28,799 nucleotides of DNA from a virus (lineage: Duplodnaviria; Caudoviricetes). The notes beneath the pieces are model-generated. The model made no database searches and was not told the origin of the DNA. It saw only the letters and a program-made list of their open reading frames with translations. The position numbers were made by a program, and so were the translations under genes. Shown in pieces: positions 24,561 to 28,799 of the stretch (within the stretch, counting starts at the first letter, position 1; every line of letters begins with the position of its first letter). Location of the stretch: IMG/VR virus record IMGVR_UViG_3300042868_012556, positions 1 through 28,799 of that record; one strand, 5' to 3'.

Positions 24561-27072
24561 TCGCATAGATACATTTGAAACATGGCGTCAGAAGACGAAT
24601 ACGATTTCTTCTGATGTTGGTACCATTGCCAATTTAGATGCAAATATAGCCAATGATAGTTCACTGGTTACAGCAATCAATGAGCTCCAAGGAGATATTG
24701 GCGGTGAAGAACTTTCCAATTATACCGCGACATCGCTCCGCGGAGCCGCAAATGAAATTAGAAATAGTGATATTACCTTGAATGGTAATAAAAGATTTTC
24801 TGGTAATGTCTCTGTTCAAGGAACACTTGGTGTACAAGGTGCCACAAACCTTCAAGGCGTTTTAGGTGTTCAAGGTGTAACTACACTCGGGAGTTCTTTA
24901 GCTGTTCAGGGTGCAACAGTATTACAAGGTACACTGGACGTTCAAGGTGGCTTAAATCTTGCTTCTGCTTATCTGACCGGCAATTTAGGAGTTCAAGGTA
25001 TTACCAGTCTTCAAGGCGCTCTTGGCGTTCAAGGGAATACAACTCTAGGAAATGCCGTTGGAGATGAAACATTGGTAAATGGTTCATTAACAGTAAAAGG
25101 CGCCGATTTTAAAGTTCAGACCAGCGGCGGCGTTGATAAATTTTCTGTTGATGATGCAACAGGTAATACCGTTGTTGAAGGTGGGCTCATTGTTCGTGGA
25201 GCAACAACACTTCAAGGCGCAATTGATTTCTCATCGAACTTTAATACTCTAACCAATAAACCTTCACCCGTCATTAATGTAAATCTTTCAGGTGATATTG
25301 CTGGTTCGGGGAGTGTTACAATTACAGACGTTGGTTCTGTCGGTCCTGGTTTTACTCAACAGACATATACACTTAGTATTGCAAATACTGTAATTCAAGC
25401 AAATTCGATTGCCCTTGGGACTGATACAACGGGCAATTATGTCGCAGCAGCTTCAGCGGGTTCTGGTATTGAAGTTTTAGGTTCTGGATCGGAAAATGCG
25501 TCGCTTACTATTTCAAATACAGACCGAGGTAGCTCACAATCTATCTTCAAAAGAATTGCAGTTTCTGGTAGAGATACGGTTATTGCAGATAGCAATGATG
25601 ATACCCTTACTCTGGTCGCTGGATCAAACATTCAAATTACGACAAATGCGGCCGCCGACAGTATCACAATTACCGGTACCACGCCTCTTGCAAACAATTC
25701 AACAGTGAATGTAACGGCTGGAACCGGTCTTTCCGGCGGTGGCAGTTTCACCGTTGATCAGGCAGCCGGCTCAACTATTACACTTGCAAATGCCGATAGA
25801 GGTACTTCACAGAATATCTTTAAGAATATTGCTGTTCAAAACCAATCCACTGTTGTTGCAGATAGCAATGATGATACACTCACATTTGTTGCCGGTCAGG
25901 TTGACTCGACCATTGGTATTACAATTTCAACGGATGTTGCTAATGATACAATTACGTTCTCGCACGCAAATACATCTTCTGTCGGAAATGTAACAGCCAC
26001 AACTCGTACGTATGTTACGGGTATCACCTTTGACACTTACGGGCATGTTCAGGCCGTAACAACCGCCCCCGAAACTTATGTTGCAAATGATGGTACTCTT
26101 TCACTTGCCGTATCCGGTACTGGTCTTTCTGGTAGTGCTTCGTTTACTGCAAATCAATCGGGCAACTCAACCTTTACGGTAACATCAAATGCTACGTCGG
26201 CAAATACTGCCGGAGCAATTGTTGCGCGCGATGGTTCTGGTAATTTTAGTGCAGGTACTATTGGCGTAAGTGCTGTTAATGTCTCAGGTGCACTTAGCGC
26301 AGGTTCAATTACAATTCCAGGGATCGGCGGCATTGCTCAATACACTGGTTCCGGATCAAGTGTATTTAATTCAATTGGCACAAGCTCGACCAGCCATTTT
26401 GCTTATGGTTGGGATGGAACAAGTGGTATTGTTTCAACATACAATCAAAATAGCCCACTGGTCCTTAAGGCTTCAAGCGTTGTTTTCTTTACCACCGCTG
26501 GCAATAATCAACTTCAGGTAAATTCAAACGGAAAAACAATTGTTGGCGTCAATGGTGTTGATCGTGGTGCTTATACTCTTATTGTTGATGGTACGCTTTA
26601 TGCTCATGGAGCCACAACATTAAATAGCACTCTTAATGTAACTGGTGCAACTACTCTCACCGGTGGTGTTACTGGTGGTCTTGCCGTTACGGGCGCACTT
26701 AGCGCAACAAACGGTCTTTCAATTACGGGCGCAATTACAGCAACGGGCGACATTACTGCCGGAACTTCGGATGATCGACTCAAGACTCGTTTTGGGAACA
26801 TTCCAGATGCTCTGAATAAAGTTCTTCAACTCAACGGATTCTATTATACACACAACAAGACTGCTCAACAATTGGGTCTTGTAAATAAAGGTCAACGAGT
26901 TGGTGTTTCTGCTCAAGAAGTTCTTAAGGTTCTTCCAGAAGTTATTAGAGATGCTCCGGTTGATGAATCGTATATGACGATCGATTATGCCAAGATGGTT
27001 CCACTTCTCATTGAAGCAATCAAGGGGCTCAATGCAAAAGTTGAAAGTCTTGAAGCTCAATTAAAGAAGTAA
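24544..27072 (+). CDS. Tail fibre protein with C-terminal intramolecular chaperone (peptidase S74), 842 aa
   Basis: N-terminal DTFETWRQKTN and SLV.AINE motifs, VQG repeats and a G/S/T-rich shaft. The C-terminus reads G.ITA.GDITA..SDDRLK.....I.DAL.KV..LNG..Y...GV.AQEV..VLPE......DY...VPLLIEAIK.L...V..LE. Confidence 0.92.
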   Translation: MATTVNRIDTFETWRQKTNTISSDVGTIANLDANIANDSSLVTAINELQGDIGGEELSNYTATSLRGAANEIRNSDITLNGNKRFSGNVSVQGTLGVQGATNLQGVLGVQGVTTLGSSLAVQGATVLQGTLDVQGGLNLASAYLTGNLGVQGITSLQGALGVQGNTTLGNAVGDETLVNGSLTVKGADFKVQTSGGVDKFSVDDATGNTVVEGGLIVRGATTLQGAIDFSSNFNTLTNKPSPVINVNLSGDIAGSGSVTITDVGSVGPGFTQQTYTLSIANTVIQANSIALGTDTTGNYVAAASAGSGIEVLGSGSENASLTISNTDRGSSQSIFKRIAVSGRDTVIADSNDDTLTLVAGSNIQITTNAAADSITITGTTPLANNSTVNVTAGTGLSGGGSFTVDQAAGSTITLANADRGTSQNIFKNIAVQNQSTVVADSNDDTLTFVAGQVDSTIGITISTDVANDTITFSHANTSSVGNVTATTRTYVTGITFDTYGHVQAVTTAPETYVANDGTLSLAVSGTGLSGSASFTANQSGNSTFTVTSNATSANTAGAIVARDGSGNFSAGTIGVSAVNVSGALSAGSITIPGIGGIAQYTGSGSSVFNSIGTSSTSHFAYGWDGTSGIVSTYNQNSPLVLKASSVVFFTTAGNNQLQVNSNGKTIVGVNGVDRGAYTLIVDGTLYAHGATTLNSTLNVTGATTLTGGVTGGLAVTGALSATNGLSITGAITATGDITAGTSDDRLKTRFGNIPDALNKVLQLNGFYYTHNKTAQQLGLVNKGQRVGVSAQEVLKVLPEVIRDAPVDESYMTIDYAKMVPLLIEAIKGLNAKVESLEAQLKK
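24802..25053 (+). repeat. 6/12-residue LGVQG-xTxLQG repeats in the fibre shaft
   Basis: GNVSVQGTLGVQGATNLQGVLGVQGVTTLGSSLAVQGATVLQGTLDVQG...LGVQGITSLQGALGVQG, with recurrent gttcaagg in the DNA. Confidence 0.8.
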
Positions 27073-27073
27073 T

Positions 27074-28036
27074 ATGGCACTACCATCAGTATTTCCTCTT
27101 TCGGCATTTCAGGTCCGGACCGAACTTGGTATAGAGTCAAATGTGTCTATTTCAATGCTATCGGCGGCAGTTCGAACATTGGCTGGACAGCCGACAGGAG
27201 ACGTCAAGTTTTCTGAATTACTCGGAAAGAGTAATAGAACACCGTTGTTTGATGTCTTGGTTGTTGCAGGCGGTGGCGGTGGTGCAGGCAGATCCGGTTT
27301 TGCTGGAGGCGGCGGTGGTGGTGGTGGCGTCATATATACTTCCGATTATTCGGTATCGGCTGGTACTACCTATAATATAACCGTCGGTGGCGGAGGTACT
27401 CGTACGACAGCTGATCCCGGAGGCGTAGACTCGACTTCTGGACAAAATTCAAGCTTTGCATCAATTGTGACAATTGGCGGTGGTGCTGGTTCTTTCGGAA
27501 ATAACGGCGGAATAGATGGTGGCTCGGGCGGCGGCACTGCACTTTTTCAGTTCCCAGGAGGTCTGGGTACTCCGGGTCAAGGTAACAATGGTGCCGCTGG
27601 GACTGGTTTTGCTGCCGGCGGTGGTGGCGGAGCAACTTCTGCTGCTTCTTTCATAGAAAATGGAACGACCTTAGGAGGAAATGGTGGCAACGGATTAGTT
27701 ACGAGTATTAGTGGAACATCGCTAACATACGGCGGTGGTGGCGGAGGCGGTGGTTATGGTAACAGCGGCGGCGCGGGTGGTGGTAGCGGAGGAAGCGGCG
27801 CCGGGGCGGGCGTCGCGGCGGGCACACCATTTGCAAATCAAGGCGGCGGTGGCGGTGGCGCGCCTGGTCAAGAAGATGGTGTCCTCGGAAGTAGCGGTGC
27901 AGCCGGTGTTGTGATTATATCATATCCTCAACAATATTCGAATGCAGCATCGGTATCTGGATCATTTACTCTCACCATTGCAAATGGTAGAAAAATCTAC
28001 AAGTGGACGAGTGGTTCGGGCAGTATTACATTCTAA
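27074..28036 (+). CDS. Glycine-rich putative fibre-tip adhesin / receptor-binding protein, 320 aa
   Basis: Starts 1 nt after the S74 fibre stop. A ~55-aa N-terminal module (MALP....S...VRTELG......ISM....VRTLAG...G....S...GKSN) is followed by VLVVAGGGGG...GGGGGGG...Y.ITVG.GG...G.NSSF...GVVIISYP. Confidence 0.75.
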   Translation: MALPSVFPLSAFQVRTELGIESNVSISMLSAAVRTLAGQPTGDVKFSELLGKSNRTPLFDVLVVAGGGGGAGRSGFAGGGGGGGGVIYTSDYSVSAGTTYNITVGGGGTRTTADPGGVDSTSGQNSSFASIVTIGGGAGSFGNNGGIDGGSGGGTALFQFPGGLGTPGQGNNGAAGTGFAAGGGGGATSAASFIENGTTLGGNGGNGLVTSISGTSLTYGGGGGGGGYGNSGGAGGGSGGSGAGAGVAAGTPFANQGGGGGGAPGQEDGVLGSSGAAGVVIISYPQQYSNAASVSGSFTLTIANGRKIYKWTSGSGSITF

Positions 28037-28055
28037 TTGATCAATAAATTATTGA

Positions 28056-28063
28056 TATAAATA
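28056..28063 (+). promoter_or_regulatory. T4-type late promoter
   Basis: Exact intergenic TATAAATA, 10 nt before the ATG at 28074. Confidence 0.85.
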
Positions 28064-28073
28064 GAAGCAATCC

Positions 28074-28418
28074 ATGGCAGTATTTGCAAACATTTCAATC
28101 GATCAGGGTTCCGACTTTTCTTCTACTATTACCGTTGAAGGCGGAGATGGTTTAGTCGTGAATCTTGATGGTTACAGCGCCAGAGGACAGATCCGGAAGA
28201 CATATACTTCGCTCACTGCAATAGATTTTGAAGCTGCAGTTCAATCCGAAGAATCCGGCACACTTATAATTTCATTAACAAACGAACAGACGCGGATAAT
28301 GAAGCCTGGTCGCTACGTTTATGACGTAGAGATTGTTCATGATGTTTCGGGTAGTGTTACACGTGTAGTAGAAGGACAAGTGGAAATTACTCCAGGAGTC
28401 ACTCAACCAATAGTCTAA
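28074..28418 (+). CDS. Small virion structural protein, BppU-N-like Ig fold
   Basis: ANI.IDQG.DFS..I.V......NL.GYS...QIRK.Y.S, G...ISL...QT.....GRYVYDVEI.....TRVVEG.....PGVT. Confidence 0.8.
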   Translation: MAVFANISIDQGSDFSSTITVEGGDGLVVNLDGYSARGQIRKTYTSLTAIDFEAAVQSEESGTLIISLTNEQTRIMKPGRYVYDVEIVHDVSGSVTRVVEGQVEITPGVTQPIV

Positions 28419-28419
28419 C

Positions 28420-28638
28420 ATGAGTCAACCAATCAGAGCAACAGTTGCACTTAATCCGGGTATACAAGCTAAAGTTGTAGCCCTCGGCAAACCTATCTCG
28501 CTCGCAGAACTATCTGACATGGATCTATCCCAAGCATCGGATGGAGCCCTGCTCATTTACAACGGCACCCGCCACAAATTCGTAGCTACAACAGAAGCCA
28601 ACAACCCTAACACAATCGTTAGCGGTGGTTACTTTTAA
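28420..28638 (+). CDS. Small hypothetical fibre-associated protein, 72 aa
   Basis: L.EL.D.D.....DGALL.Y......F.AT.........GG.F pattern, coupled 1 nt after the previous stop. Confidence 0.7.
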   Translation: MSQPIRATVALNPGIQAKVVALGKPISLAELSDMDLSQASDGALLIYNGTRHKFVATTEANNPNTIVSGGYF

Positions 28639-28657
28639 TCTTTAATTCTTAAAAATT

Positions 28658-28799
28658 ATGTCAACTCCAGTTAAAGGAACAACACTCCTCACACGTTACA
28701 GTACCGCTAATGGTCAACCAGGTACAAACGTACTTAAACAAGGTGAATTAGCTTATTCATTCCTAGCTCATACCGATTCTGGTCTTGGCGCTGGTGGCG
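28658..28799 (+). CDS. Start of another tail fibre protein with an Mtd_N-like N-terminus; 3'-truncated and not in the ORF track
   Basis: Manual translation MSTPVKGTTLLTRYSTANGQPGTNVLKQGELAYSFLAHTDSGLGAGG is open to the window end. The R.S.....P...L..GELAYS pattern is typical of fibre N-termini. Confidence 0.7.
   Translation, partial: MSTPVKGTTLLTRYSTANGQPGTNVLKQGELAYSFLAHTDSGLGAGG

Noticed and set aside
27260-27910. High-GC, GGC/GGT-rich stretch suggesting foreign DNA or a microsatellite
   Set aside because: It is explained by glycine codons of the adhesin-like ORF. The antisense poly-Pro ORFs are shadows.
1-28799. Possible stop-codon reassignment: by my count 26 TAA, 2 TGA and no TAG stops among 28 called gene ends
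   Set aside because: All core genes are intact under code 11 with no in-frame TAG or TGA interruptions. Strong TAA bias is normal for T4-like phages.

Overview
This window comes from a T4-like (Tevenvirinae/Kyanoviridae-type) myophage genome read in standard code 11. Left arm (+ strand, 1-3911): a 5'-truncated conserved hypothetical, an HRLDGPA-repeat protein, hypotheticals, gp33, gp59 and gp32, closed by a hairpin terminator. Middle (- strand, 3974-8658): gp4, gp2, a tail-tube-fold protein (gp54-like), gp26, an un-called gp51-like segment and a tape-measure-like protein (gp29). Right arm (+ strand, 8714-end): gp48, gp53, a gp27-like hub, a lysozyme-less gp5, a helical protein, gp25, gp6, gp7, gp8, a VrlC/DUF4815-like giant structural protein, an S74-chaperone tail fibre, a glycine-rich adhesin-like protein and further fibre genes. 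Several T4 late promoters (TATAAATA) are visible. I saw no tRNA, CRISPR array, intron or mobile element. The best signal is a canonical U_UUU_UUC slippery site at the end of gp26 that would fuse it by -1 frameshift to the gp51-like segment, directly upstream of the tape measure gene, in the arrangement of lambda G/GT tail chaperones. The second is a gp5 spike with no lysozyme and no adjacent PAAR gene, followed by a two-Cys helical-hairpin protein, which may be an alternative spike-tip module. Family assignments come from motif recall and synteny; no searches were run.
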